A stretch of DNA of 64,000 bases from an uncultured Clostridia bacterium (GTDB lineage Bacteria > Bacillota > Clostridia > Oscillospirales > Acutalibacteraceae). The notes under the pieces are model-generated. The model did no database searches and was not told where the DNA came from. It saw only the letters and a program-made list of their open reading frames with translations. The stretch spans positions 91,331-155,330 of the forward strand of contig CANRNI010000001.1 of assembly GCA_947631945.1 (NCBI GenBank), written 5' to 3'. How positions within the stretch are numbered: the stretch's first letter is position 1; the number at the start of each line of letters is the position of its first letter. A program made the translations under genes and the position numbers. Below are positions 17,614 through 27,114 of the stretch, one piece after another.

Positions 17614-18705
17614 TTAAAATTTAGGCTCAATGTAGCCTTCCGCGCAGAGAAGCTCCGCGAGCAGAACAGCGCCGCCCGCCGCGCCTCTTAACGTGTTGTG
17701 CGAGATGCATACGAATTTGTAATCGTACTGCGTATCCTCTCTGAGTCTGCCTACCGATATAGCCATACCGCCCTCAAGCTCTCTGTTGATTTTCGTCTGA
17801 GGCATATCATTTTCCGTATAGTAATTTAGGAACTGTTTGGGCGCGTGAGGAAGATTCAGATCCTGCGGTCTGCCTTTGAAATTCTTCCATATTTCAAGTA
17901 TTTCATCTATTGTCGGTTTTTTATCAAAACGGACGAAGCAAGCGGCGAGATGACCGTCGGAAACGGGTACTCTTATGCACTGAGCAGTAAAATGGGGCTT
18001 TTCGGCAGGTACGATTTTGCCGTTTTCCAATTTACCCCAGATTTTAAGAGGCTCTTTTTCGCTTTTTTCCTCTTCTCCGCCGATATAGGGAATGACGTTA
18101 TCGACCATTTCCGGCCATCTTTCAAACGTTTTTCCGGCTCCCGAAATCGCCTGATATGTACATACAAGAACGTCCTTTATGCCGAATTTTTCATCAAGCG
18201 GATAAAGAGCCGGAACGTAGGATTGAAGCGAACAATTGGATTTTACCGCGATAAAGCCGCGCTTTGTTCCCAAACGCTTTTTCTGCGATTCGATAACTTT
18301 GAGATGAGAGGCGTTTATTTCGGGAATAATCATAGGAACGTCGTCTGTGAATCTGTGAGCCGAATTGTTTGAAACAACGGGACATTCGGCTTTTGCGTAG
18401 GCTTCCTCAAGAGCTTTTATTTCGTCCTTTTTCATATCTACGGCGCAGAACACAAAATCGACCTTTTCAGCTATTTTGTTTATATCCGCCGACGCGTCGA
18501 AGACTTTCATATCCTTAAGGCTTTCAGGCAGCGGGGTTTTCATGACCCATCTGCCGCCCAAAGCTTCCTCATAGCTTTTACCGGCCGATTTGGGACTTGC
18601 TGCAAGAGCGGCAACCTCAAACCACGGGTGATTGTAAAGAAGCGTTGCGAAACGCTGACCTACCATACCCGTAGCGCCGATTATGCCAACCTTATATTTT
18701 TTCAT
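17614..18705 (-). CDS. asd: Aspartate-semialdehyde dehydrogenase
   Basis: GATGMVGQ Rossmann motif and active-site SNCS. Start at ATG 18705 behind GGAGGATGG; the 53-codon upstream extension in the ORF track is AT-rich leader. Confidence 0.9.
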   Translation of the reverse strand: MKKYKVGIIGATGMVGQRFATLLYNHPWFEVAALAASPKSAGKSYEEALGGRWVMKTPLPESLKDMKVFDASADINKIAEKVDFVFCAVDMKKDEIKALEEAYAKAECPVVSNNSAHRFTDDVPMIIPEINASHLKVIESQKKRLGTKRGFIAVKSNCSLQSYVPALYPLDEKFGIKDVLVCTYQAISGAGKTFERWPEMVDNVIPYIGGEEEKSEKEPLKIWGKLENGKIVPAEKPHFTAQCIRVPVSDGHLAACFVRFDKKPTIDEILEIWKNFKGRPQDLNLPHAPKQFLNYYTENDMPQTKINRELEGGMAISVGRLREDTQYDYKFVCISHNTLRGAAGGAVLLAELLCAEGYIEPKF

Positions 18706-18802
18706 TATATTCCATCCTCCGATAAGAAATTTGATTTTACTATTGTAATCGCGGGCAATTTGAAATATAATATAACCCGTTAAGTAAAGTATATTACTAT
18801 AT

Positions 18803-18831
18803 ATATTATCATTTATATTTTCATGTGTCAA
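18803..18831 (-). promoter_or_regulatory. SigA-type promoter TTGACA-17-TAATAT for asd-dapA-dapB
   Basis: The minus strand reads TTGACA (18826-18831), a 17-nt spacer, then TAATAT (18803-18808). Confidence 0.55.
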
Positions 18832-18869
18832 CTTAAATGAAAAACTTTTAGAAATTTGGTGCAAAATAA

Positions 18870-19895
18870 ATGAAAAAATCAGATTTTTACTTTGATTTAC
18901 CTGACGAATTGATAGCGCAGGACCCTATAGAGGACAGGGATAAATCAAGATTGCTGTATATGGACAGAAAAACGGGTGAAATTCAGCACCGTCATTTCTT
19001 TAATATTACGGATTATTTAAAGAAAGGCGACTGCCTTGTGCTTAATAATACGCGGGTTCTTCCGGCAAGATTGTACGGAGTAAAAACAACAGGCGCAAGG
19101 GTCGAATTTCTTCTTCTTAATAACCTCGGAAGCGACAAATGGGAGGTTATAACCGGCCCCGGAAGAAAGGCGAGAGTAGGGGACAGCTTTACTTTCGGCG
19201 GCGGTCTGCTTCGCGCCGAAGTCCTTGAGGTGCTTGAAAACGGCAACAGAATTGTCCGTTTTTCTTATGACGCTCCGAATATTTACGAGGTTCTCGACAA
19301 AATAGGAGAAATGCCCCTGCCGCATTATATAACGCATGAGCTAAAGGATAAAGAACGCTATCAGACAGTGTACTCGAAGGAGTTAGGCTCCGCCGCGGCT
19401 CCTACCGCCGGACTTCATTTTACTCCCGAATTGCTGAAAAAAATCGGGGATATGGGCGTAAGCACAGCGTTTGTTACGCTTCATGTCGGAATAGGGACGT
19501 TCAGACCCGTTAAAACCGAGAATATAGAAGAACATCAAATGCATTCGGAGCATTATTGGGTGTCGGCGGAGACAGCCGAAAAAATCAATAGCGCAAAAAG
19601 AAACGGCAGACGTATAATCGCCGTGGGAACGACATCGTGCCGTACACTGGAATCCGCCGCAGACGAAAACGGAGAGATGAAAGAATGTTCCGGCTCTACA
19701 AGCATATTTATTTATCCGGGATATAAATTTAAATGTATCGACGGATTGGTAACAAATTTTCATTTGCCCGAAAGCACGCTTATAATGCTCGTATCGGCAT
19801 TCAGTACAAGGGAAAACGTGCTTAACGCATATAAAATCGCCATTGAGGAGAAATATAGATTTTTCAGCTTCGGCGACGCGATGATGATATGTTGA
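18870..19895 (+). CDS. queA: S-adenosylmethionine:tRNA ribosyltransferase-isomerase
   Basis: Full-length QueA-like sequence ([23 protein letters not shown]). Confidence 0.95.
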   Translation: MKKSDFYFDLPDELIAQDPIEDRDKSRLLYMDRKTGEIQHRHFFNITDYLKKGDCLVLNNTRVLPARLYGVKTTGARVEFLLLNNLGSDKWEVITGPGRKARVGDSFTFGGGLLRAEVLEVLENGNRIVRFSYDAPNIYEVLDKIGEMPLPHYITHELKDKERYQTVYSKELGSAAAPTAGLHFTPELLKKIGDMGVSTAFVTLHVGIGTFRPVKTENIEEHQMHSEHYWVSAETAEKINSAKRNGRRIIAVGTTSCRTLESAADENGEMKECSGSTSIFIYPGYKFKCIDGLVTNFHLPESTLIMLVSAFSTRENVLNAYKIAIEEKYRFFSFGDAMMIC

Positions 19896-19898
19896 ATT
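19869..19898 (+). repeat. 30-bp direct repeat, copy 1 (authentic queA 3' end)
   Basis: TTCGGCGACGCGATGATGATATGTTGAATT is identical to 20582-20611. Confidence 0.95.
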
Positions 19899-19944
19899 TT
19901 TAATATATTACGTTTATTTAATCACATAATATGTTTAAAAATGC

Positions 19945-19983
19945 GCATAGTATGTTGACAAATTGGATATACTATGCTATACT
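19945..19983 (+). promoter_or_regulatory. Promoter TTGACA-17-TATACT with a 9-bp inverted-repeat operator
   Basis: TTGACA at 19955-19960 and TATACT at 19978-19983. A perfect inverted repeat GCATAGTAT (19945-19953) / ATACTATGC (19969-19977) brackets the -35, as expected for antitoxin autoregulation. Confidence 0.65.
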
Positions 19984-20006
19984 GATACAGAAAGGAGCGG
20001 AGAAAA

Positions 20007-20273
20007 ATGCCAAAAGTTTCTACCAATATCAGCATTGACGCCGATACAAAAGCAAAGGCACAGGTTTTGCTTGCTGATTTCGGAATGGATTTATCAACGG
20101 CGGTAAACGTATTTTTAAAACAAATGGTTTATGAAGGCGCTTTTCCTTTTTCCATTACACGGGAAATTCCCAATGCGACAACCCTTGCGGCAATGGAATC
20201 CGCCAACAATGGTGAGGATATATACGGGCCGTTCGATAGTGTTTCGGAGCTGATGGAGGCGCTTAATGCTTAA
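20007..20273 (+). CDS. dinJ: Type II antitoxin, RelB/DinJ family
   Basis: 88-aa RHH-type DinJ-like protein (STNISIDADTKAKAQ...GMDLSTAVNVFLKQ). It overlaps the toxin gene by 8 nt. Confidence 0.85.
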   Translation: MPKVSTNISIDADTKAKAQVLLADFGMDLSTAVNVFLKQMVYEGAFPFSITREIPNATTLAAMESANNGEDIYGPFDSVSELMEALNA

Positions 20274-20544
20274 ATTGGAATTTTCGGGGCAGTTTAAACG
20301 GGATTTCAAGCTTGCCGTGAAACGCGGGCTTGAGCCGAAAAAGCTTGAGGCGGTTATTGAATTACTGCGTAAAGAGGAGCCTCTGCCCGAATCGTATCAT
20401 GATTATCAGCTTATAAATTCGAGAAATTATAAGGGTATGCGGGAGTGCCATATTCAGCCTGATTGGTTGCTCGTATATCAGGTAGTGCATGAAAACCTTA
20501 TTTTGCGGCTTATCAGAACCGGAACACACAGCGATTTATTTTAG
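20266..20544 (+). CDS. yafQ: Type II toxin, YafQ/RelE-family mRNA interferase
   Basis: 92-aa protein with the YafQ hallmark HDYQL...RECHIQPDWLLVYQV...LRLIRTGTHSDLF. Confidence 0.85.
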   Translation: MLKLEFSGQFKRDFKLAVKRGLEPKKLEAVIELLRKEEPLPESYHDYQLINSRNYKGMRECHIQPDWLLVYQVVHENLILRLIRTGTHSDLF

Positions 20545-20581
20545 AAAGTTGCCAATCGGTAAAAACTTATAAACCGCGTGG

Positions 20582-20611
20582 TTCGGCGACGCGATGATGA
20601 TATGTTGAATT
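20582..20611 (+). repeat. 30-bp direct repeat, copy 2 (orphan queA 3' end)
   Basis: Identical to 19869-19898. It encodes FGDAMMIC-stop with no upstream gene body. Confidence 0.95.
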
Positions 20612-20615
20612 ATTA

Positions 20616-20633
20616 GGGAAACACTGATTAAAT
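20616..20633. mobile_element. Solo B-type repeat terminus
   Basis: GGGAAACACTGATTAAAT matches the B-type TIR. Confidence 0.5.
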
Positions 20634-20636
20634 GCG

Positions 20637-21077
20637 TCAGACGGTTTTTGCTCGGTACTGTCTTAGCAAGTCAAGCGCAATTGTGTAGCCGTCAAGCCCT
20701 TTTCCTATTATATGCTCGAAGCAGGCTTTTCCGGCGTAAGAAACGTGTCTGAACGCTTCGCGTTCGTTTATATCCGAAATATGCACTTCAACACAGGGAA
20801 TCCCCACAGCTTTCATAGCGTCTAAAATGGCTACGCTCGTATGAGTATACGCTGCCGGATTTATTACAATTCCGTCGATTTTACCGTAAGAATCCTGGAT
20901 TTTATCAACGATATCTCCCTCATGGTTCGATTGAAAACATTCGACCTCGATATTATTCTCTTTCGCCCAGTTATCTATCATTTCGAGAAGTCCTTTGTAG
21001 CTTGTTTTGCCGTAGATATCGGGTTCTCTTATTCCGAGCATATTTATGTTGGGGCCGTTTATAACCAAAAACTTCAT
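20637..21077 (-). CDS. aroQ: Type II 3-dehydroquinate dehydratase
   Basis: VINGPNINMLG N-terminus and full AroQ-like length (146 aa). Confidence 0.95.
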   Translation of the reverse strand: MKFLVINGPNINMLGIREPDIYGKTSYKGLLEMIDNWAKENNIEVECFQSNHEGDIVDKIQDSYGKIDGIVINPAAYTHTSVAILDAMKAVGIPCVEVHISDINEREAFRHVSYAGKACFEHIIGKGLDGYTIALDLLRQYRAKTV

Positions 21078-21241
21078 TTAATCCGTCCTTTATACCGCAA
21101 AAGCATAAGCTTTTTTTCGGTACTTTTTCTTTCTTTAGTGTGTATAACGGGTAACGCGGTACGACCGAAATTCCGCCGAAAAGATGCGTGTTGTGCTTAG
21201 GTTGAACACGCTCTGAGCACATTTCCGATTTTCAGATAATC

Positions 21242-22465
21242 TTATAATAATTTTTCGATTCTTTCGACAACTTCCCGAGGAGTTCCGTTTCCGTCAACCT
21301 CGAAATGACATATTTTTCTGTAAAGAGGCAGTCTTTTCTTAAACATTTCGTTAAGGTCGTTTTTCTGTGAAAGCGGTCTGCCGTCTGTCGGAAGAACGTC
21401 AATATTCCTGTTGATAAAGATTACGGTGCCGTTCTGCCTTAACGCGTCGAAGTTTTCGGGCGTTACTATGACGCCTCCGCCTGTGGCTATTACAAGTTCT
21501 TTTTCCTTTCCGACTTCTTTTATAATCTCGGCTTCAATCTTTCTGAAACCCGTTTCTCCCTGTTCCGCGAAAATTTCGGGAATAGATTTTCCCGCCTTTT
21601 TCACAATCAATTCGTCTGTATCGACTAATTTTCTGCCGTAATGCGAAGCGAGAAGATTTCCGACTGTAGTTTTGCCGCAGCCGGGCATACCCACAAGTAT
21701 TATATTGGTCAGTTCAAACGAAAGTTTTTTTACGATTTTATCAATAACAGCGTTGTCAAATTCTTTATTGAAAAAGTATTCGGCGGCTTTTTTCGCCTGA
21801 GCCGAGAGCATATAAAGTCCGCTGATATGCGGTATATTGCGTCTTTCCGCGTCGAGCATAAGAAGCGTTCTTTCGGGATTGTAGATAACGTCCGCCACGC
21901 CCTCGAGTTTTGTGAAATTATCGAGATTTACAAGCGTTTCAAGATTTTTTGGATACATTCCCACGGGCGTTGCGTTTATGATTATTTCAGAATCGAAATG
22001 AGGGTCAAGGTGGTCGTAATTTGTTTCCGTGAACAGGGAAGCCACTACAATTTCCCTCGCGCCAAGGTCCTTTACTACGTTCTGAACGGTAAGCGACGCG
22101 CCTCCGTCGCCCAGAATCAGCACCTTTTTTCCGTGTACGTTTATTCCGCCCTTTTTGAGCATATACGAAAAACCGTAATAATCGGTGTTGTAACCCTTGA
22201 GCGTTCCGTCTTTTTCCTTTACTATTGTATTTACGCTGCCTATTTTAAGCGCTTTTTCGTCGATTTTATCAAGAAAGGGCATAACCGTTTTTTTATACGG
22301 AATTGTAACGTTAACCGCGTCAAACTCCCTTTTTCTTAAAAATTCGCCGACTTCCTCCTCCTCCATTTCAAAGAGCTTGTACGTATAATCTCCCAAAAGA
22401 GAGTGAATCTGCGGCGAATAGCTGTGTCCCAGTTTTCCGCCTATAAGACCGTAAAGACCGTCCAT
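21242..22465 (-). CDS. aroE/aroK: Fused shikimate dehydrogenase / shikimate kinase
   Basis: N-terminal AroE motifs (GHSYSPQIHS, NTDYYGF, GDGGAS). The C-terminal AroK carries the P-loop GMPGCGKTT. Start at ATG 22465 behind an AAGGAGG RBS. Confidence 0.85.
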   Translation of the reverse strand: MDGLYGLIGGKLGHSYSPQIHSLLGDYTYKLFEMEEEEVGEFLRKREFDAVNVTIPYKKTVMPFLDKIDEKALKIGSVNTIVKEKDGTLKGYNTDYYGFSYMLKKGGINVHGKKVLILGDGGASLTVQNVVKDLGAREIVVASLFTETNYDHLDPHFDSEIIINATPVGMYPKNLETLVNLDNFTKLEGVADVIYNPERTLLMLDAERRNIPHISGLYMLSAQAKKAAEYFFNKEFDNAVIDKIVKKLSFELTNIILVGMPGCGKTTVGNLLASHYGRKLVDTDELIVKKAGKSIPEIFAEQGETGFRKIEAEIIKEVGKEKELVIATGGGVIVTPENFDALRQNGTVIFINRNIDVLPTDGRPLSQKNDLNEMFKKRLPLYRKICHFEVDGNGTPREVVERIEKLL

Positions 22466-22523
22466 TTTCGTAACCTCCTTAAGCCCATGTAATGGGCTAT
22501 TATTCTTATAGAGTGTGAACACT

Positions 22524-23678
22524 TTAAATAACTTCGGAATAGCTTCCGAAATATGTGAAATTGCAGTTTTCGGCGTACAGCTCATCGAAAAGATTATAAA
22601 GATCGGGCGAATAAACAGAAGCTTCTATATCGAAATAGAACATAAATTCAAAATCCTTTTCGGGAAGAGGTCTGCTTTCAAGCTTTCTTAAATTTATCGA
22701 ATGAGCGTTGAATTTTGAAAGCACCGAATACAATGCGCCGGGCTTATGGAGCGTGGTCATCATAATGCTTGAGCGGTCGGCGCCGGGGAAAATCTGCAAA
22801 TCCTTTGAAATGCAGATAAAGCGAGTATAATTATTTTTAACGTTCTGAACAGCGCATTGAAGCTCGTCAAGCGAGTAAAGCTCGGCGCAGTCGGACGACG
22901 CTATAGCCGCGACGTCGTTTCTTTCACATTCCGCCACCATTTTGGCGGCCGCGGCCGTGTTTTTAACTATTGTCACCTTTACGCCTTTAAGGGACGCTAT
23001 AAAATCACTGCATTGATTAATAGCCTGTTCGTGTGAGAATATTTCTTTTATACCGCTCAAATCGGTTCCTCTTTTGGCAAGAAGCGAATGGTCGATTTTT
23101 AGTCTTATGCTCCTTACAATATAGCAGTTATACTGTTTGAGCAGGTCATAAACCTTATTGACTGAACCCGCTGTGCTGTTTTCAATCGGCAGTATGCCGT
23201 AATCGCATTTACCCGATACGACCGCCTCAAAAACTCCGCGCCATTTTTCATAATACGTTATAATGGGATAACGGAAAATTCTGTCGCACGCGTGCTGAGA
23301 ATACGCGCCCTCAACGCCCTGACAGGCTACGTTTACTTTTTCGGGGAAAAGCTTGGGGTTTTCTTCAACGGTTTTTCTGATTTTTGAAGTAAGCTCGGAG
23401 TTCCCGCTTATTATTTTATGCTGATATGAGCGCGATAAATTAAGAATATCGGCATATAAAATTCTTGAATAATTCTGTATATCGGGCTCGGAAAATGACG
23501 CCGTGCGTTCAAGCACATCTCTTTCCCGGCTTTTATCGAGAATCGGCATATTGTTTTCGAGCTTGTATTTCGCAACCTCGAGAGATACGTTCATTCGCTT
23601 ATTGAAAAGCTCGGTAAGCTCTTTATCTATTTCGTTTATCTGCTGTCTTAAATCTTTTATATCCAAATTTATGCTCAT
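22524..23678 (-). CDS. pheA: Bifunctional chorismate mutase / prephenate dehydratase
   Basis: N-terminal CM helix bundle (IDKELTELFNKRMNVSLEVAKYK), PDT domain (ACQGVEGAYS) and a C-terminal ACT domain. Confidence 0.9.
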   Translation of the reverse strand: MSINLDIKDLRQQINEIDKELTELFNKRMNVSLEVAKYKLENNMPILDKSRERDVLERTASFSEPDIQNYSRILYADILNLSRSYQHKIISGNSELTSKIRKTVEENPKLFPEKVNVACQGVEGAYSQHACDRIFRYPIITYYEKWRGVFEAVVSGKCDYGILPIENSTAGSVNKVYDLLKQYNCYIVRSIRLKIDHSLLAKRGTDLSGIKEIFSHEQAINQCSDFIASLKGVKVTIVKNTAAAAKMVAECERNDVAAIASSDCAELYSLDELQCAVQNVKNNYTRFICISKDLQIFPGADRSSIMMTTLHKPGALYSVLSKFNAHSINLRKLESRPLPEKDFEFMFYFDIEASVYSPDLYNLFDELYAENCNFTYFGSYSEVI

Positions 23679-23700
23679 TCCTTTCCTATGAACACAAGCC

Positions 23701-23739
23701 GCAAATGCGGTAGCCGTTAATTGTGCGGTGTTGCCTTAA
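23701..23739. mobile_element. A-type repeat right-end fragment (39 bp)
   Basis: GCAAATGCGGTAGCCGTTAATTGTGCGGTGTTGCCTTAA. The terminal TTAA (23736-23739) contains the aroC stop codon. Confidence 0.7.
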
Positions 23740-24806
23740 AAATCTTCCATTATATCAAGAACGGATATCGCCGTAACGGCTTCTATAACGGGAACCGCGC
23801 GCTGAACTATGCACGGGTCGTGTCTGCCGTGGATTACAAGAGGCGTGTTTTCTTTTTTTGAAAGACTGACGCTTTTCTGCTCTTTGCCGATAGACGGCGT
23901 AGGCTTTATCGCCGCTCTGAAAACTATCGGCATACCTGTGGTAATGCCGCCTGTAACGCCGCCCGAATTATTGGTTTCGGTAACGATTTTGCCGTTATCT
24001 ATTCTGTAGCTATCGTTGTTTTCGCTTCCCTTCAGGGACGCCGCCGCAAAACCGTTTCCGAACTCGATTCCCTTGACAGCCGGAACGCCGAAAATATTTT
24101 TCGCTATTATATTTTCAATTCCGTCAAACATCGGATTTCCTATACCCGCTTTAACTCCGGTTACGGCACATTCTATAATTCCTCCGACGGAATCAGCCTG
24201 CAATTTTGCTTCGAGTATAGCCCTCTGCATTTTTTCGCCCGATTCGTCGTCTATAACGGGAAAATCCTTTTTGGCAATATTCTCGTCCGTGATATTTACA
24301 AGGTCGAACGGAGTATCGTGAATACCCGCAATCGAGTAAATATGCGATTTTATTTTAACGTTTTTGCTCTCTAAAATCTGTAAACAGACCGCTCCGGCGA
24401 AGCAAAGGGGAGCCGTCAGCCTGCCCGAAAAATGACCGCCGCCCGCGACGTCGTTAAATCCGCCGTACCTTACAAACGCCGCGTAATCGGCGTGAGACGG
24501 TCTTGGGCAGTCTTTTAAATTCCCATAATCCTGCGAACGAGTGTCGGTATTCTTTATAACCGCGCAAAGCGGAGCGCCGCAGGTAGTATCGTTTACCGTT
24601 CCCGAAATAATTTCGGGCAAATCGGCTTCCTTTCTCGCCGTTGACATAGTGTTCCGACCGGGAGCGCGTCTTGCCATAAAGGACAAAACTCTTTTCATAT
24701 CAATATTAAAGCCCGAAGGCAGTCCGTCAATTACAACGCCTATTCCTGCCGAATGGGACTGACCGAAAACAGAGATTTTAATATTTTTACCTGTCATTGA
24801 TGACAT
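23736..24806 (-). CDS. aroC: Chorismate synthase
   Basis: FGQSHS N-terminal motif and full-length AroC-like sequence. The start could be ATG 24797. Confidence 0.95.
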   Translation of the reverse strand: MSSMTGKNIKISVFGQSHSAGIGVVIDGLPSGFNIDMKRVLSFMARRAPGRNTMSTARKEADLPEIISGTVNDTTCGAPLCAVIKNTDTRSQDYGNLKDCPRPSHADYAAFVRYGGFNDVAGGGHFSGRLTAPLCFAGAVCLQILESKNVKIKSHIYSIAGIHDTPFDLVNITDENIAKKDFPVIDDESGEKMQRAILEAKLQADSVGGIIECAVTGVKAGIGNPMFDGIENIIAKNIFGVPAVKGIEFGNGFAAASLKGSENNDSYRIDNGKIVTETNNSGGVTGGITTGMPIVFRAAIKPTPSIGKEQKSVSLSKKENTPLVIHGRHDPCIVQRAVPVIEAVTAISVLDIMEDF

Positions 24807-26049
24807 TGCATATTCCTCCGAGTTTTGTTACATCGTCTTTAAACGACGGATACGTTTTATTTATCGCTTTAAAATCCGTAACGGTAACCTTGGAATCAAA
24901 GGATAGAACGGCCGCCGCCATGACGAGCCTGTGGTCGTTAAAGGACGAAACGGTGAACTCGTCTTTAAGCTTCTTTCCGCCTTTTATTATAAGGCCGTCG
25001 GACGTCTCCGTAATATCGCCGCCCGCAGTTTTTATAAGCTCGGTTACGGTTTTCAGTCTGTCGCTTTCTTTGAGCCTTAATCTCGAAGCGTTATAAATTC
25101 TTGTGGTTCCTGCGGCGAAAACGGCGAGAGCGGAAATAACCGGAACAAGGTCGGGTATATCGGAAGCGTTGATATCAATTCCGCGCAAAGAGTTTTTCTT
25201 AATTCTGACGCTTGATTCGCCTATGGTAACGTCGGCTCCCATTCGCTTTACTATTTCACAAACAGCCTTGTCGCCTTGAACCGACGATGGGTAAAGACCG
25301 TTCACGGTGATATCCGAGAGAGCGCCGAAAACGACGAAAAACGCGCCGTTTGACCAGTCTCCGTCGATTTTTAATTCGTCGGGCGAAATATATTTTTGAC
25401 ATCCCTTTACAAAATACGAATTTCCGTTTTCTTTAACTTCGATTCCGAATTTTTTTAGCGTTGAAATTGTCATATTTATGTATGGCTTTGATTCGACTGG
25501 AGGAATAAGGCGAATTTCGCTGTCGCCGTCGAGCAGAGGCAGAGCGAAAAGCAGTCCCGTTACAAATTGCGAGCTTACGTTCCCGGGAAGCGTAAAAATT
25601 CCGCTTTTTAGCTTTCCCGATATTTTTATGGGAAATTCACCGTCGGGGGAAACCGACGCTCCGTTTTCCGACAATGCCTTGAGCAACGGAGTCTGAGGTC
25701 TTTCGGGAAGTCTGCCGCTTCCCGTGAATACCGAATCAATTCCGAGAGCCGCCGCTACGGGCATAAGAAATCTTATGGTGTTACCGCTCTCGCCGCAGTC
25801 GAAAACGGCGCGTCCGGACGCTTTTTTTATAGGAGAGACTATAATATCCATACCGTCGTTTTCAATAACGGCTCCGGCGGACTCAAGACATGAGCAGGCC
25901 GCTTTTATATCGTTAGACGTGGAATTGAGTATAAGTCTGCAAGGTTTATCGGCAAGCGACGCGGCGATTAAAGCCCTGTGTGCATCGGATTTTGAGGATA
26001 TCGCGCCGATAACGCCGTTCATATTTTTAAGATAAAGCCCGGCGGTCAT
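24787..26049 (-). CDS. aroA: 3-phosphoshikimate 1-carboxyvinyltransferase (EPSP synthase)
   Basis: Full-length AroA-like sequence (SKSDAHRALI, LKESDRL). Confidence 0.95.
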   Translation of the reverse strand: MTAGLYLKNMNGVIGAISSKSDAHRALIAASLADKPCRLILNSTSNDIKAACSCLESAGAVIENDGMDIIVSPIKKASGRAVFDCGESGNTIRFLMPVAAALGIDSVFTGSGRLPERPQTPLLKALSENGASVSPDGEFPIKISGKLKSGIFTLPGNVSSQFVTGLLFALPLLDGDSEIRLIPPVESKPYINMTISTLKKFGIEVKENGNSYFVKGCQKYISPDELKIDGDWSNGAFFVVFGALSDITVNGLYPSSVQGDKAVCEIVKRMGADVTIGESSVRIKKNSLRGIDINASDIPDLVPVISALAVFAAGTTRIYNASRLRLKESDRLKTVTELIKTAGGDITETSDGLIIKGGKKLKDEFTVSSFNDHRLVMAAAVLSFDSKVTVTDFKAINKTYPSFKDDVTKLGGICNVINDR

Positions 26050-27105
26050 TTATGAAAGCCCCTCCCTTATAAAGGCGAGCATTTGTGTAAGCGGCACCTT
26101 TTTGCCTACGCATTTTCCCATTTTTTCGGGAACAATAAGCTTTACGGTATCGCCGCTTCGCTTTTTATCGGAACAGGATACCTTGTAAAGAGCCTCTGCC
26201 GTAAACGGACAGCTTACAGGCAGATTATTCTTTAAAAGAACTTCCTTTATCACGTCTGATAAATCGTTTTCGCACATTCCCGTTTTAAACGCGCCTTTTG
26301 CGGCTATTATCATGCCTATCGCTACCGCGCTGCCGTGTGAAATTTCAAAATTGCTGTTTATTTCTATGGCGTGTCCTATTGTATGGCCGAAATTGAGAAC
26401 GGCTCTGATTCCAAGCTCCTTTTCGTCCTTATTTACTATATCGCGTTTAAGCTCGACGCATTTCGTAATTACGTACTCGATATTTTCGCGTATATCGTTA
26501 TTTTTAAGGAAACCGAAAAACTCTTCGTCCATTATAACGCCGTATTTGATAACCTCGGCACAGCCGTCCGCGAAAATTTCTTTCGGCAGAGTATCGAGAG
26601 TTGTATAATCGCATATGACCATATCGGGCTGATAAAACGAGCCTGCGAGGTTTTTGCCCGCCGTAAGATTTACGGCCGTTTTTCCTCCGACAGACGAATC
26701 CACAGCCGAAAGGAGAGTAGTCGGGAGTTGAACGAATTTAATCCCTCTTAAAAACGTCGCCGCCGCGAAACCGCCCATATCTCCCGTTATGCCGCCTCCG
26801 AGAGCGACTATCATATCAGTTCTTGTGATATGGTTTTCGGCGAGAAAATCAAGAATTTCGGAATATACCTTAATTGATTTTGATTCCTCTCCGTGAGGAA
26901 ATACGAATTTAACCGTTCCGAAGCCTGCATTTTCGAGCGACGCCGTGACCTTGTCGGCGTAAAGCGCGTTTACGTTGTCATCGGTAATAATCGCGGCTGA
27001 GCAAACGCCGAGTTCGTTTTTAATTCGTTCTCCGCAGTTATCAAGTAAATTTTTTCCGATATAAATATTATAATTTTTGGACGCGCTGACTTTTACGGTG
27101 TTCAT
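26050..27105 (-). CDS. aroB: 3-dehydroquinate synthase
   Basis: AroB motifs (GGGITGDMGGFAA, GHTIGHAIE). The stop abuts the aroA ATG (TAAATG). Confidence 0.95.
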   Translation of the reverse strand: MNTVKVSASKNYNIYIGKNLLDNCGERIKNELGVCSAAIITDDNVNALYADKVTASLENAGFGTVKFVFPHGEESKSIKVYSEILDFLAENHITRTDMIVALGGGITGDMGGFAAATFLRGIKFVQLPTTLLSAVDSSVGGKTAVNLTAGKNLAGSFYQPDMVICDYTTLDTLPKEIFADGCAEVIKYGVIMDEEFFGFLKNNDIRENIEYVITKCVELKRDIVNKDEKELGIRAVLNFGHTIGHAIEINSNFEISHGSAVAIGMIIAAKGAFKTGMCENDLSDVIKEVLLKNNLPVSCPFTAEALYKVSCSDKKRSGDTVKLIVPEKMGKCVGKKVPLTQMLAFIREGLS

Positions 27106-27114
27106 ATAAATCAC

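Noticed and set aside
18706-18864. The ORF track shows long N-terminal extensions: asd to 18864, tyrA to 28005, aroE/K to 22585, the PAP2 gene to 2559, the lysin to 4392, uppS to 11973 and the Gfo oxidoreductase to 63053.
   Set aside because: Internal ATG codons preceded by good GGAGG-type RBS give canonical N-termini. For asd and tyrA, the extensions run across the predicted promoters.
19899-20581. The TA cassette, or the window as a whole, was considered as part of a prophage, ICE or defence island.
   Set aside because: No integrase, recombinase, phage structural gene, conjugation gene or known defence gene was recognisable anywhere in the 64 kb. Only the att-like duplication remains, and it is reported as a finding.
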